From Lama glama (taxonomy: Eukaryota): a stretch of DNA of 64,000 nucleotides. Made by a program: the position numbers and the translations under genes. The number at the start of each line of letters is the position of its first letter. Within the stretch, counting starts at the first letter, position 1. Positions 1-11,967 of this stretch are shown here, piece after piece. The stretch spans positions 13,952,001-14,016,000 of the forward strand of contig CM052817.1 of NCBI GenBank assembly GCA_028534125.1. The letters run 5' to 3'. Under the pieces are notes generated by a model. The model searched no databases. It had not been told where the DNA came from and saw nothing but the letters and a program-made list of their open reading frames with translations.

Positions 1-27
1 GTTACATAATGATAGATAACTAATATA
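1..27 (+). mobile_element. 3' terminus of a MaLR (MLT1-type) LTR, cut by the window edge
   Basis: GTTACATAATGATAGATAACTAATATA resembles the MLT1 end ...GTTAYRCAGCAATAGATAACTAATACA; only 27 bp visible. Confidence 0.35.
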
Positions 28-964
28 GTAAGGAAACAGTCAACTGATTTTTACATTACAGGTAACCCTGGATTATAAGAGAATCACATATTCAAACAGG
101 AAATCTCCGTCCTATGTCAGTGGAGCCACTGTAAAAAGAAGAACAATGACATCAGCAAGTTGAGAGCAGCTGAAGGAAAGAAGCTGTGACTGCCAAGGAA
201 AGCAACTGGGGAGTCCTCACGGGGGTGCTCCCAAGGAGAGCCGGCCTTCTCACCAAGTCGCCTCCGTGTTCTTGAACTTGCTCGTGTTCCATTTATTATA
301 CTATGTGAATTTCCATAAATTAGAGATTTAATTGTGCTAACAACTACTCCGTTATAAATACATAAATTCCTCTAAGGATGTTTAAATGATAGTTATCCAC
401 TCATTAGTTTGAATTAAAGTTCATTACTTTCATAATAACTCCTTGCTAAAATGACCTGTGCTAAGAAATGCAGGAATTAATGAAGACAGCGTGGCAGTAG
501 CTCCATTTGGAGCACTCCGGGGACACAGTGGGACTGGGCCACAGAGAGCTGACAATTAGGAAAGTAATGATCAAGTGGGAGAGAGGGACCCTCAATGAAG
601 TAGCATGATGCCAAAGTGTGCAGAACAAACAAATAAAAAACTTTGTATCCAAGAAAAAAGAGATTTTTCTTCTCCTTTGAAATTAACCTGATATTCATCA
701 CAACATGATTTAACCTAAGTTCTAATGGGCCAGCCTTTAAACCTACCAGATCCATAACACAGTTCTTATGAGAAAATGAATTCCAAAATTGTACCAACAA
801 CTAGAATGTTGAACATAACTCATTTGTAAGCTGGGATGAAGGCTGGAACATAGTGGCTGTTAAATCTGGAAAAGCACAGACTTACAAACTTTTTAATGGT
901 CCTAGCCTTTAAATTTTAAGGATGCTTTTGCTTTATTGTTTACTCAAATCACATTCTTTTAGTA

Positions 965-1113
965 CAGTGTTTCTCAAACTTTACTGTGTATATAAATCAC
1001 CTGGGGATCTTGTTAAAACACATTTTGTGATGAGACCCAGGGTTCTGCATTTTTCTAAAAAGCTCCCAGGTGATATTAATCCTGCTGGAACTACGACCAT
1101 ACTTTGAAGAGCA
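965..1113. mobile_element. MER5A-like hAT-Charlie MITE
   Basis: CAGTGTTTCTCAAACTTT...AATCACCTGGGGATCTTGTTAAAA...CTCCCAGGTGAT...ACCATACTTTGA follows the MER5A layout. Confidence 0.75.
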
Positions 1114-1317
1114 AAACTTTACTCCACACAATTTAAGCAAGCAACTGTAGATTTTCTGTGATGCAAAAGATGACTTAACACTGCACCTCCTGGCTTCAGG
1201 TTTTAGCTACAATCAAATGTCACCAAATTAAGATGATATTTAATAGTAAAATTCATACATCTAGGCATAAAATTAAATATTATTTTACTTATTTTTAAAT
1301 TAAAGTTCCAAGAGATA

Positions 1318-1415
1318 AGTACAGTGGCTAAGAGCATATGTCTGAGGTTAGACACACATGGGTTACAGTCTAGTCTTGTAATCTTCTAGCTGTGTGACCT
1401 GTGGCGAGTGAGTTA
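1318..1415 (+). mobile_element. MIR SINE, 5' part (interrupted by an LTR)
   Basis: CAGTGGCTAAGAGCAT...TAGACACACATGGGTT...CTAGCTGTGTGACCT; MIR 3' part resumes at about 1930-2050 (TAAATGAGATAT...AAAGCCCTTAGTA). Confidence 0.6.
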
Positions 1416-1921
1416 GACAGAGCCTGACAAAGAAAAAAAAAAAACACTTTAGGTATTTTAAACCAAAAAGATTTAATATAAGGAATATTACATGTTAATT
1501 AATAATACAAAGTAGCAATTAATATTACTAATGTTAGAAGCCAAACAGTGAGCAACGGGGCTAGGGAGAGGACAGCCACAGCCAGATGGAGGAAAACACA
1601 ATCCTCCCCATGGCCAGAGGGTCAAAATAGGAGGTGATGTTATAGGAGCCTGGTGGCAGCTGGCAAGCCAGGGGATGGGATTATCCAGAGGGAGCTGGAG
1701 CCACAGAGGAGATGCTACTGCCAGAGACACTGCTGAGGCAAGAGAGGGGAGATACGTTGGCTCCTCCCTCCCACCCTCCGGTCCCCTCCAGGATATTCCA
1801 CAAGGTTGAACCTAGCTACAAGGCTGCCAGCGAAACAGTCTGAAATGTAGTTCCTTATGTTGTAGATCTGAGCAAGGGAAGAGCAGGAAATGGACCTGAG
1901 AACAAACTGGCCAAGGACCAC
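1410..1921 (-). mobile_element. ERVL solo LTR, LTR33-like
   Basis: CACTTTAGGTATTTTAAAC...ATTTAATATAAGGAAT...GAAGCCAAACAG...GGAGCTGGAGCCACAGAGGAGATGC...GAAATGGACCTGAGAACAAAC matches the reverse complement of LTR33-type consensus as recalled. Confidence 0.6.
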
Positions 1922-3104
1922 AGCAGGTTACTGATAATCTTACTGCATCTAATGCTCAAACACATGTCCATAAAACATGGGTGTTGTGTTATTTAAATGA
2001 GATATATTACATACAAAGCCCTTAGTAGAAGCTTGGTACTTAATTTTTACCATCAACATCATCATCTTTTTTGTGGTCTGATGACAATTTCTCTTCATCC
2101 CTTTCTCTCCTAACACTCATTTCCCCATTGGTATGTGGAGTCATAGAGAGATTAGAAACAGAATATTATCAATGTCCTAATATATCAAAATTATGCTATG
2201 ATAAATTATATTAAGTGCAGAAACATCAGTTTGTTTCATTCACATGATAGAATCAGAAAAGCTTTAAAGTCTTCTACCAGGCATACTATAAGGACCCCAA
2301 ACTTCTCAATGAAGTGGACTCAAGAGCAACATTAGAACCTGCAGGCCTTTTGAGGACTGTGCTTGAGACACGGGGTATGGGTCTGAAAAAGATATGAAGG
2401 GTTTAGAGGAGAAGGAAGGAGAAAGGTTATGAAAGAGGAAAGGTATTCTCATCCACCGAGGAAGGTCAACTGTGAGGGACAGAGGGTTTACCCAGTGGAA
2501 CCCAGAAACACACATGACCCTATCTGGATTTCAGGAGCATCGATGTTGACTGGTAATTAGGTTGCTGTGTCTCTTGACTAGGACCATCCCTGCCTGCCTT
2601 TCCAGGTGCTACAGCCCTAACCGAGAATTTACATTATTATCAAGGCCCTAACAGTCCTCAGTGATGAAAAGAACAGCTTTCCTCAGTAGACCCGTTCCCC
2701 AAGTTAAGTTATCAAAAGCTTACAAAACAGACACCGATGTCTCTGCTAGCTTCTACTGCAAAGAAACCAGAGTGCTAGCGAACCGCTCCTCTGTGGAAGT
2801 AAAACATAACCAGCCCCATTTATATTCTAGCCTGTGTTTTTACCGCACAGAAAATGCAGCATTCTGTCTTGTGGTTCCATTCTGGTTCATCTTGTTTGGG
2901 AGTCAGATAGCAAAGCCCACACCTAACATAACAGTCTCTCCCTGCAAATGACTGACATTGCCTTAGCCAATTCATTCCAACCTTGAACCAATTCACCTGA
3001 AGACAGATCTGTCTGAACAGCAAAGACTATATGGAGAAGAACATTAAGGCATTTGTAAACGAGGAGCCAGAATATATCACTCTGAGATACTTCAGTGCTG
3101 CTTT

Positions 3105-3410
3105 GTAATATTTTATTTATTCATTCCACATTTATTGAGGTACAAAATAATACAAAGCAACAATCTAAAGACTTTACCATCTGGCATACGCTGGGAGCCA
3201 AAAGAACTGGTGCAGAAAATGAATCCTGTGAGTTCTGGGGAAGGAGGGTTAGCTGTGGATTGGAGCATTTGAGATGTCTTCGTGGCAGAACAGGGATAAA
3301 GCTGGGTTCTGATAGGCTGGTGGGAGCTGGTCAGGCGGAATGAGTGGGCAGGGTGCTCCCTGCTAGGAGAATGGCTTCCACCAAGGCACTGTGGTGGGAA
3401 TGGAGGGGTT
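3105..3410 (-). mobile_element. L2 LINE 3' fragment
   Basis: TTTATTCATTCCACATTTATTGAG (antisense L2 tail) followed by purine-rich L2-like body. Confidence 0.5.
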
Positions 3411-3424
3411 GGCTGAGCCTCTGG

Positions 3425-3660
3425 ACAGTAAGTACAAGACAGTGTTCAGGAGGCTGGACTCCACAGCCAGCCTGGCCAAGTCAGAGCCTTGGCCACTTGG
3501 TAAATTTAATAATAACATTGACCAAGTCTCTTAACCTGTTTCCTTAAGTGCAAAATAGGAATAATACTAGTACCTGACTCATGGGGTTATTGCAAGTCTC
3601 AAAGAAACAGATAACTAATACATTATAAACACTCAGTCAATATTTGCTATTATTATTTTA
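3425..3660 (+). mobile_element. MIR SINE
   Basis: CAAGTCTCTTAACCT...AAAATAGGAATAATACTAGTACCTGACTCATGGGGTTATTG...CACTCAGTCAATATTTGCTATTATT. Confidence 0.7.
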
Positions 3661-5396
3661 TCACTGAAGAAGAAATGCACTTATTCCTCCTGTATATATT
3701 TATTGAATGTCTGCTATATGGAATGCAGTTTACAAAATGCTTTGATGGTAGGCCAAGGTCCAGATGTGCTCTGGCCGAAATAAGGGAGTTGTTGGAGGCA
3801 CTGCTGTCAGGCAGGGGCACAACGAGGGTTGTTTTTAAGGATTAAACTAGTGGTATAGTACATGCAACGTGTCATCTAGCAACTTGTTTTATAAACCTTT
3901 CATGAGGCAGTAGTTAACGTGCAATGAGGATTCCCCTGGCACCAGAAAATACACTTAGACCCCAGTAAGAAATCTGGGGGTCCTTACAAGGAATAGAGAC
4001 TCTCATCAATGACTGACAGCACCTTGTGACATGTATGGACTGCTAACGTGGCCAGCCACCAGTCTCTGAGGACTTCTGGGTTCCTAAGGGTGGAGGGTGA
4101 AGGGACAGTTTACCCACAGCTCTCCCATGACTCACATGGTGTGGATGACAGATTGCAATGACAAGTAGCTGATGTCACAGGAAATGTTTCTATCAGCTCT
4201 CCAGGGTCATAAAGTATGGGGAAAGCAAGCACGAGGGATGGAGTTCTCAGGGACATTAACTTTGATCTAAGGAGCTAGAGCAGCAGTTCTCAACCTTATG
4301 TTTCTGGGCTGATTTACATAATGAAAGAGTTCCTAGCCTAGGAAACACTCCCGTGGGTGCACCAAGGTTACGTGCAATCCCCAGCCAGCTGCCTACACTT
4401 CCACCTCCTTCTTCTCTCAACAGTGTGTATCAAAATAAAAGTGTGTTGTAATTAGAGGAGTAACCACTCTAATTTATTCAATAAAGTAAACTATTCATCA
4501 ATGTTGGTACTTTATCATTACTAAACAATCATTGGGGAAACCTCAGAAAACTGATTTGGATACACCAGGTTATCACTAACATTCTAGTTAAGAATTATAT
4601 GTCAAAGGTTACTTGAGTCACCTTCTATCATTTCTTCCCACTTATCTACACGCCATTCCTTCCACAGAAATCCTTTCCCTATGCTCCCAGCCAGTAGTTT
4701 ATTGGGTAAAAGTGTAAGTAATAGAACAGACTTTTAAACTCTGCCCTGTTTGGACACTGCAAGTATAAATCGTGAACATAATTTAAGGTGCCAGGGAAAT
4801 TCAGAGTTGTGGAATGATTATCAGAACCAGCATAGATGAGAAACTCTGCCCACTGGTGGAAGAGGGGCAGCCCTCCTGGCCTACAGGACAGCCTTGGTCA
4901 GTTACTTTCCCTGGATGCAGGGATTAAAGTGCCTTCCTCTTTGAGATGAGGATTTCTAAACCCTCCAGCTCAAGCAAAATCATCTGATTACACTGAGTGA
5001 ATGCTCGGCCCTAAATATGTGTAACACGGGAGAAGTGAATTCACACTTTCTCTGTCAGTTTCAGTTTCCACATGCCTTTTAGAGAGAGAGCATATTGCCA
5101 TACTGCATACAAGTCTAGTGTTTAAAAATATGCATTTTCATACAACATGACCCTAATGAAGAAACAGTGACATATTATAATGGAAGAGCACCTGGCTGTG
5201 GAGGAGTTAATGAGAAACAGCACATCTATGCTATGCTTTATGGATGGTTTCAAAGGATTTTCAAAGATTATTTTGACTGTGGGTGAAATAACCATACAAT
5301 TTGTCACACAAATTGGAAAGCTTTTGAGTAAAACAGGAAACTAATGATAATTACATTGAGACAACTGTCCTGGCAAATCAAAATGTCATGTCACCT

Positions 5397-5798
5397 TGCT
5401 ATGGCTGAATTTTGTGCCCCCTCAAATCCATATGTTGAAGTCCTAACCCCCAGTAACTCAGAATGTGACTGCATTTGGAAGCAGGGCCTTTACAGAGGTA
5501 ATTTTACCTTTATTAAATGAGGTCATACAGTGAGCCCTAATCCAGTATGACTGATGACCCTGTAAGAAAAAGAGATTAGGACACAGACATGTGCAGGCAC
5601 AGAGGAAAGACCGTGTGAGGACACAGCAAGAAGATGGTCGTCTGCAAGCCAAGGAGAGAGGCCTCAGAGGACACTGCATTTGCTCACACCTGACATTCTG
5701 ACCCTGAACTTTTCTAGTCTCCAGAACTGTGACATAATAAAGTGGTTAAGCCACCCAGTCTGTGGTATTTTTGTATGTCAGCCCTACTAACTAGTATA
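5397..5798 (+). mobile_element. MLT1B-like MaLR solo LTR
   Basis: TGCTATGGCTGAATTTTGTGCCCC...CTCAGAATGTGACTG...GCAAGCCAAGGAGAGAGGCCTCAGA...TAAGCCACCCAGTCTGTGGTATTT; about 400 bp. Confidence 0.85.
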
Positions 5799-7114
5799 CT
5801 AACTAGAATGATTTTCATTTAAATATCAGCCTTGAATCTAATCCCCTCGTAATACATGTCTCTGCGTAAAAGTAGTAGGTCATGAGGCTGCTTGGTTGAA
5901 GAGTTGGCAGATTGTTTGCAGCTTTGCCCTACCTGCCTACCACCGTGCAACGTCCCTCCCGCTTTGTTCAATTGCCCAACAACAGCTAACAGGATGATCC
6001 TGAAACAACATTAAGATCAGGTCAGTTCCTGTCTCTGACCCTTGTTTGTTAAGCACATGCTCAGTTGTGCTTAGTCAGATAAATCCCTGAATCTCACATG
6101 ATTTGTAAGTACCACTGAGTAATACTAACCCGAATGACTCAGAGAGTTACTATACATCAAACATGATCAAAACAGTAATACGCAAACTGCAAAGTGGTCT
6201 ATGCTGTTAGATATTATTATTTTCTTAAAACGAAGCTTCCTATAGGGAAGGCATTCAAGTAATTGTGTATCTGAATAAAGTGCAGGAGCAAAAGTAATAC
6301 CAGACATGACATCCACTAGGATCATCAAGAAAAGTAACTCCTGCCTTCACATATCCATTCATTCACTCTCAACTTCATTTTAGTGCTATGAAGTACGTTT
6401 ACAGACATATGTAAAACCTTTATATCAGTGACAGCTCTTTTACCCAATGATTTCTCTTAAAATATTTCTCTTTAAAATCTACCAGGTATTGACTTCGGTT
6501 TTTCAATATGATTAATATCTTTAATTTTAATATGATTCAAATGAAACTCAGAGTAGCAAATGTTTTGTTCTTTTCATATCCACAGCAATTTCTACCATCT
6601 TCAAGGTGAGCCTGACCTTGTTTTGCAGTGTTTCCAGTCTACTCATCACTTGACAGGGAAATTATTCCAGCTAAAATCAAGAGCAGGCACTTAACAGCAG
6701 TTCTCTACTTGCAGATAATACTCATGTATGCGGTATGCAAGATCTCTGTAATAGCCTAACCATTGGAGCCATAATTTTCTGGCTGTATTTTTATAGCGTG
6801 TGGGGACTAAGTACCTGGTAAAGGCTACATTTCCATCATAAATATTGTGTGTGTAAATATGAGTGTGTATTTTAAAATACAGTGTATGGTATGCACCTTT
6901 TCTGATAGGAGCTGGTGATTGAGAGTTCTGCAGAAAATACAAAGAGGCTCTCCACATCTCGAATTGGCTGATGATGGTGCATGATGACACTTGTCATTTT
7001 GTGGGAAGGCCACATACTAGACAGGTTTCCATTCATGTCCACACCAGACCCCACACTTTCCTTTCACCTTACAGTGAGGAGAACCACTTGTGAATAAGTC
7101 AGTTAAATTTTCTT

Positions 7115-7430
7115 ATTTATTTGCTCAATAATATATATATTTGAGTGAGCACTCTGTGCCAGGTACTATTTTAGGTACTGGAGATGTAATAGTGAGTTAC
7201 ATGAAAAGCCTTGCCCATGTGGGCTCCATCCTGGAAGGCAGCGTAGAATGAAGGCACATTGATTTGAATCTTGGTTCACCTCTTCATTAGTGGGTGTGTT
7301 GGCTCTAATTATTGATCTCTCTGAACTCCACATTTCTCTTTTGTCGAAATGGAGATGACATCTATCTCACAGTGTGGTCAAAGGGTTGAATAAAATCTAA
7401 AGTGCCTGGTATAGGGTGAGCACCGTTCTT
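7115..7430. mobile_element. Antisense L2 tail (about 7115-7220) followed by sense MIR (about 7225-7430)
   Basis: ATTTGAGTGAGCACTCTGTGCCAGGTACTATTTTAGGTACTGGAGAT; then TTTGAATCTTGGTTC...CTCTCTGAACTCC...AAATGGAGATGA...AGTGCCTGGTATA. Confidence 0.6.
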
Positions 7431-7465
7431 TTTTGTAATATCCTGACACATCTCCCTTTTGAGGG

Positions 7466-7926
7466 TATAATGATTTGAACTGTGTCTTTCCTCAAAAAAA
7501 ACGTGTTGCAGTCCTAACTTCTAGTACCTCAGAATGCGACCCTATTTGAAGATAGGAACTTTCCAGAAGTCATCAATTTAGAACGAGGTTATTAGGGTGA
7601 GCTTTAATCTATTACGACAGGTGTCCTCATAAAAAGATGAAATCTGGACACAGAGACACGCACACAGGGAGTGCTGTCTATGGGAAGATGAAAGCAGAAA
7701 TTGAGGTCATGCTCTATAAGCCAAGAAATGTCAAAGATGGCCAGCAAACCCCCGGAAGCTAGGGGAGAGGCATGGGAGATTCTCGCTCACAGCCCTCTGA
7801 AGGAGCCAATCCTGCTGGCACCTGGATCTCAGACTGTCAGCCTTCAAAACTGAGACAACACACTTTTGTTGTCTGGGGCCCCTAGTGTGTGGTGCTTTGC
7901 AACAGCAGCCCTAGCAAACTAACACA
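7466..7926 (+). mobile_element. MLT1C-like MaLR solo LTR
   Basis: AGTACCTCAGAATGCGACC...AAGCCAAGAAATG...CCGGAAGCTAGGGGAGAGGCATGG...CAGCAGCCCTAGCAAACTAACACA; about 460 bp. Confidence 0.85.
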
Positions 7927-9739
7927 AAAGTTTTTCCTTTAGGGACGAGTTTGAAAATCATTATTTCTTTCATTCTATTTTTTTAAGGATGAGCACGTGA
8001 CATTCTTCTTAATCACTACAGATACAATGAACCAACTGAAGGTCAAAGAGGTCAGAAGAGTTTATAAATTTTACAGGATAAGTATTACTCTGCAAACACT
8101 GCGCTCTGGCTCTCTCTTTGGATATTAAAAGTGAATCAGGAAAGCATATAAAATACCACTGTAAACATTCAATATCATGTAAAGATCTTGAGATCCTGCC
8201 TTGAAGGAGATTAGCCTATGAAACACCTGCAGTGAGTGTTCCTGGTGGTATAAGTCTCTTCTGGTGACTTTTACCAACTTCACCAGCTCATCACAGTTAT
8301 AACTACACTATGAAACAGAGTTCTTTGCAATCAGATTGGCCCTGGGGTTCAAACATTTCCTGCAGGGTCCCATGAAGAAAATTAGATGAATGAATTAATC
8401 ACTTCTTTTCCACATTTATTAGTAATTTATGTTGGATGAAGTGATAAAATTTGGAAAGCTGGTCATTCTACTACGAGCCATCAACACTGAGTTACCAAGA
8501 AAATAGAGAAAATGAGATTTAAATCTGAAAAGGAGATTCCGATTTAATTCATAACCTAATTTATGCAGGAACAACAATTTGCAAATAGTTTGCATTATAG
8601 ATCCATTCACTTACTTAGTCATCCTTCCATTTACTCAAAAATATTTATTGAGCCCTAACATGGGTAACCTCTGTCTCAAATTTTTTTAATTATTTTTTCA
8701 GAATTTAGAATTAAAACATAGCTAAACTTTACTGATAGGTGGATGATACGACCTTACACTTATTCCAGTTTAGTAGAAAACATATGAACAAGACAAATGA
8801 TTTGATAACAAGCCTTTACATCCTATTTATGAGTGTATTTGAAAATTAGAACAATCTCATAATAAATTTTGTTTACGTCTCACTTAGTTCCAGAGAAGAA
8901 TATAAAGAGACTCGCTTATATATCCAAGTAAAAGTCATTCAGAGGTTTAAAAGAGAATATTGATTTTGGTTTTCGGTTTCTTGAGGACTTCTTTTTGAAG
9001 AACTGACAAGCTGTGAAGAAAACTTTATGTTTAAATTGGTATTTTTGTTGTTTTCTGTGTTTTGTTTTCCTGGAAATACTCTTAGCCAATGCGGCATTAT
9101 CCTTCAGAAGTACAAGCATACAATGTAAATTAATGGATTTCTTTAAACTAACAATGAACCCTCTCCTACTGTATTGTGTTTTCTATAACAGCCTTTAATG
9201 GGAAGAAGACATTGTGTTTCTAAAAATCCCTCACAGTAAACCCCCATTTCTTTTATATGTTAAAAAGCATTCAAAACAATATTGTTAAACACGTAAATGT
9301 AGGTGAAACAGTCTAAAAATAATTCAGAATGTTTGGATTGAAATTATGAGTCTCTGCCAATAAGGTCAGGTTAAGACAAAAAAGCAATTATCCTCAAATT
9401 CTCTCAAGTCAGGGGCCAAGTATCAATGTGCCTCAAGAATCATTCTCAACTTTCAAGCCCATAAGTCTTTTTGATTTTGCTTTAAATCAGTATCCACTGC
9501 TGGACCCCGACAGCCCAGAGGTGGAGACAGGCTTAGAGATGTGTTTTCTTGGCCCACACACCCTCCTCCTCTCCCTGCCCCCTCTCCTCCTTCCATTTCC
9601 ACTGCTGCTGTTCCTGCTGCTGCTTCTCCTTCTTCTTCTTTGTTGACATCATTATTTTATTTACCTGCTTCAGGCAGAAATATACTCTGCAGTTTCCATT
9701 CCCTGAATTACTTATCCCATCTCACTCCTGGATACTTTG

Positions 9740-9990
9740 GACAGTTAGAAGGGAAAAGCTTAGCGCTGAAGACAAAGACTCTTGGGTCAGATGCCTTAGT
9801 TTGCAGCCTTGCTCTACCACCTGTTGGCTGTTTCCACTCACTCTTCATTGCTTCAGTTTCTCCAAGTATAAAATTAGTATAATGGCCCTGGCTTCCATTT
9901 CATGTAGTGAGGACTAAGTGCATACTGCTTAAAAATGCCTCAAACATTACCTAGCACATAAAGATGCTCAAGAAATGTTAGCCATTACTG
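9740..9990 (+). mobile_element. MIR SINE
   Basis: CTTCAGTTTCTCC...CCTAGCACATAAAGATGCTCAAGAAATGTTAGCCATTA. Confidence 0.6.
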
Positions 9991-10997
9991 TTGTCCACTC
10001 CCTGGAATTTGCATTTACAACCCCTCCTACAATGGACTTTACCTAGAGAGGACATTATCTAGGACAGCTAATACTCAAAAATGTTAACCGTTTTTATGGT
10101 CTGGCTTCCAAAAGGATCTAAGTTGTAACTGCTGATCAAGTTTACTTTGTCTAGAGAACTTAAGCGAGCTATGATCTTAAACCCTGAGGTCTCTCAGATT
10201 ATGTTACTCTACTTTTCTTTCCTTTTGTTCCATTTGCAAAAACTGAGCCATGTTTTAAAAATCACAAAAGGATTAAAGAATGAACTACATGAAAACTGAG
10301 TGTGATAATCATACAAAAGTTATAAACAAACATACTTAATAATATGGATACAAATTCTGTGTCACACTTGTTCATAACTATATGTAATTCATATTTATAA
10401 CCAGAAATCATATTATTTTATACTTTCTTCCCAGAAGGAGGGGAGGTTTTAGTCCCAAACTCTCCTTTCTTCACAATTCTCCTCCCTCTCCTTCCTATTT
10501 TCCCCCTTCCCAGGGAATAACCTCACATAGCAAAGTCCAAGAAGGATGCTTGCATAATAATTCATGAATTGGATAATTGTTGGGGTAAAGAAGGCAGTAC
10601 ATACGGGAGAGTGGAGAGGAGAAGGGGCCAAGGCTGGAGTATGAGGTGATAACCTGCATGATTCAGAAGAAACAGACTATAGGTTCAACTGCTGGTTTGT
10701 CTACAGAAGGAAATAAAACGTTATTAATTCAACCTGAGATATTGTAAACCCCAGTTTATACACAACTTTGGAATGGAGTGACATCAGCTGTCAGGAAATT
10801 ATGCAGACAAGGGACCACACAATGAGAGAGGGAGCCCCAGAATAGCCAAGGGGCTGGCTCCAGATGCCGATGGACCTCACAGGAGACAGAGTGATGAACC
10901 TCCCTCCTGACCTAGAACTTGCAGTTGTGGCAATTGTTGCTGATAAGAATTGAAGACAAAAAGAAAAAGCCACTAAAAATTACTGATTTTGTAAAAC

Positions 10998-11160
10998 TAG
11001 TGGCATTAGAAGAAGCACGGGCTTTGGAGCCTAATCACACTATTTGATTCCAGATCTGACAGTTCCTAGCTAGGTGATCTAGGGTAGACTGCTTCATAGC
11101 TCAGCTTTAGTTTTGTTATGTGGAAAATGAAATTATTAATACTTACTTCTTGAGGTTGAA
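10998..11160 (+). mobile_element. MIR SINE fragment
   Basis: AGAAGCACGGGCTTTGGAGCC...CTAGCTAGGTGATCTAGGG...AAAATGAAATTATTAATACTTAC. Confidence 0.6.
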
Positions 11161-11355
11161 ATAAAGATAAGGGTAAACATTCCCAGCCCAAAGTAAGGCA
11201 CAGTCCGTTCTCCTCCTCATCGACAGCTGCCACCCGCTCCTCTGCAAGTGCTTGCAATGCCTCAGGACAACCAGATCCCTGGGTGGAAGCAATGCAGATG
11301 TCCAGCGCATGTGAACAGGAGGAAATGACCTCATGAATTGTTTAACTGACGGGCG

Positions 11356-11936
11356 TGAAGGTTAGCAAAATGTGCTACCCTGAGATATGCTGCTTTGGCA
11401 TAAAGATTATCTTGAGCTGAAGGCAGACAATTGAGAAGAAGCAGATACAAGAAAGCTTTCTGCCCTTTCCCAATGTGCCAAAACGTAGGACCTAAGTTAG
11501 CAAAGATGTCATAGCTTCCCCTCTCTACGTGGGAAAGGACAGAAGTTAATCACTGGAGACCACTCAAGATTTTTATCATCCGAGGCACTAACCAGAGGAA
11601 TCTATCTAACAAATCTTGCTAAAACTATCCCTTATCTACCATTAATTGCCATATATATTTGCCTTCTGACAACATGCCACCCCAGAGATTCAGAGCTCTT
11701 CTTCGTCTTGTCATTTCTCTACAAAATTGTCGTTCTTTTGTTAAGATGCTGTATGAGTCCAAGTTCTAACCACCGTTTTGTGTTACTCATCTCTGAGTAT
11801 CCCCGTGTGTATGCACAATGAAAATGTTAATAAATTTGTTTTTCTCTTGTTAATCTTTTTGTCAGTTTAACTTACAGAGCCCCAGTTAACCAGTTAATGA
11901 ATCTAAGATGGATAGAGAAGGAAAAAAAAATCTACA
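11356..11936 (+). mobile_element. ERV1 solo LTR, MER34-like
   Basis: TG...CA termini (TGAAGG...TCTACA); TATGCTGCTTTGGCATAAAGATTATCTTGAGCTGAAGGCA typical of MER34; AATAAA at 11829; flanking 4-mers GGCG/GGTG. Confidence 0.75.
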
Positions 11937-11967
11937 GGTGAAACTGAAGTTAAAAACAGTGGACTCG

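Noticed and set aside
62..163. Possible terminal coding exon VTLDYKRITYSNRKSPSYVSGATVKRRTMTSAS* after TTACAG
   Set aside because: Weak pyrimidine tract, no recognisable homology and no upstream context in the window.
3880..4490. Possible ancient LTR (also 2300-2620)
   Set aside because: LTR-like composition and AATAAA but no diagnostic termini or family match I can defend.
9541..9917. Overlapping Pro/Ser/Leu/Cys-rich ORFs
   Set aside because: Products of a pyrimidine-rich CTG/CTT low-complexity tract running into a MIR.
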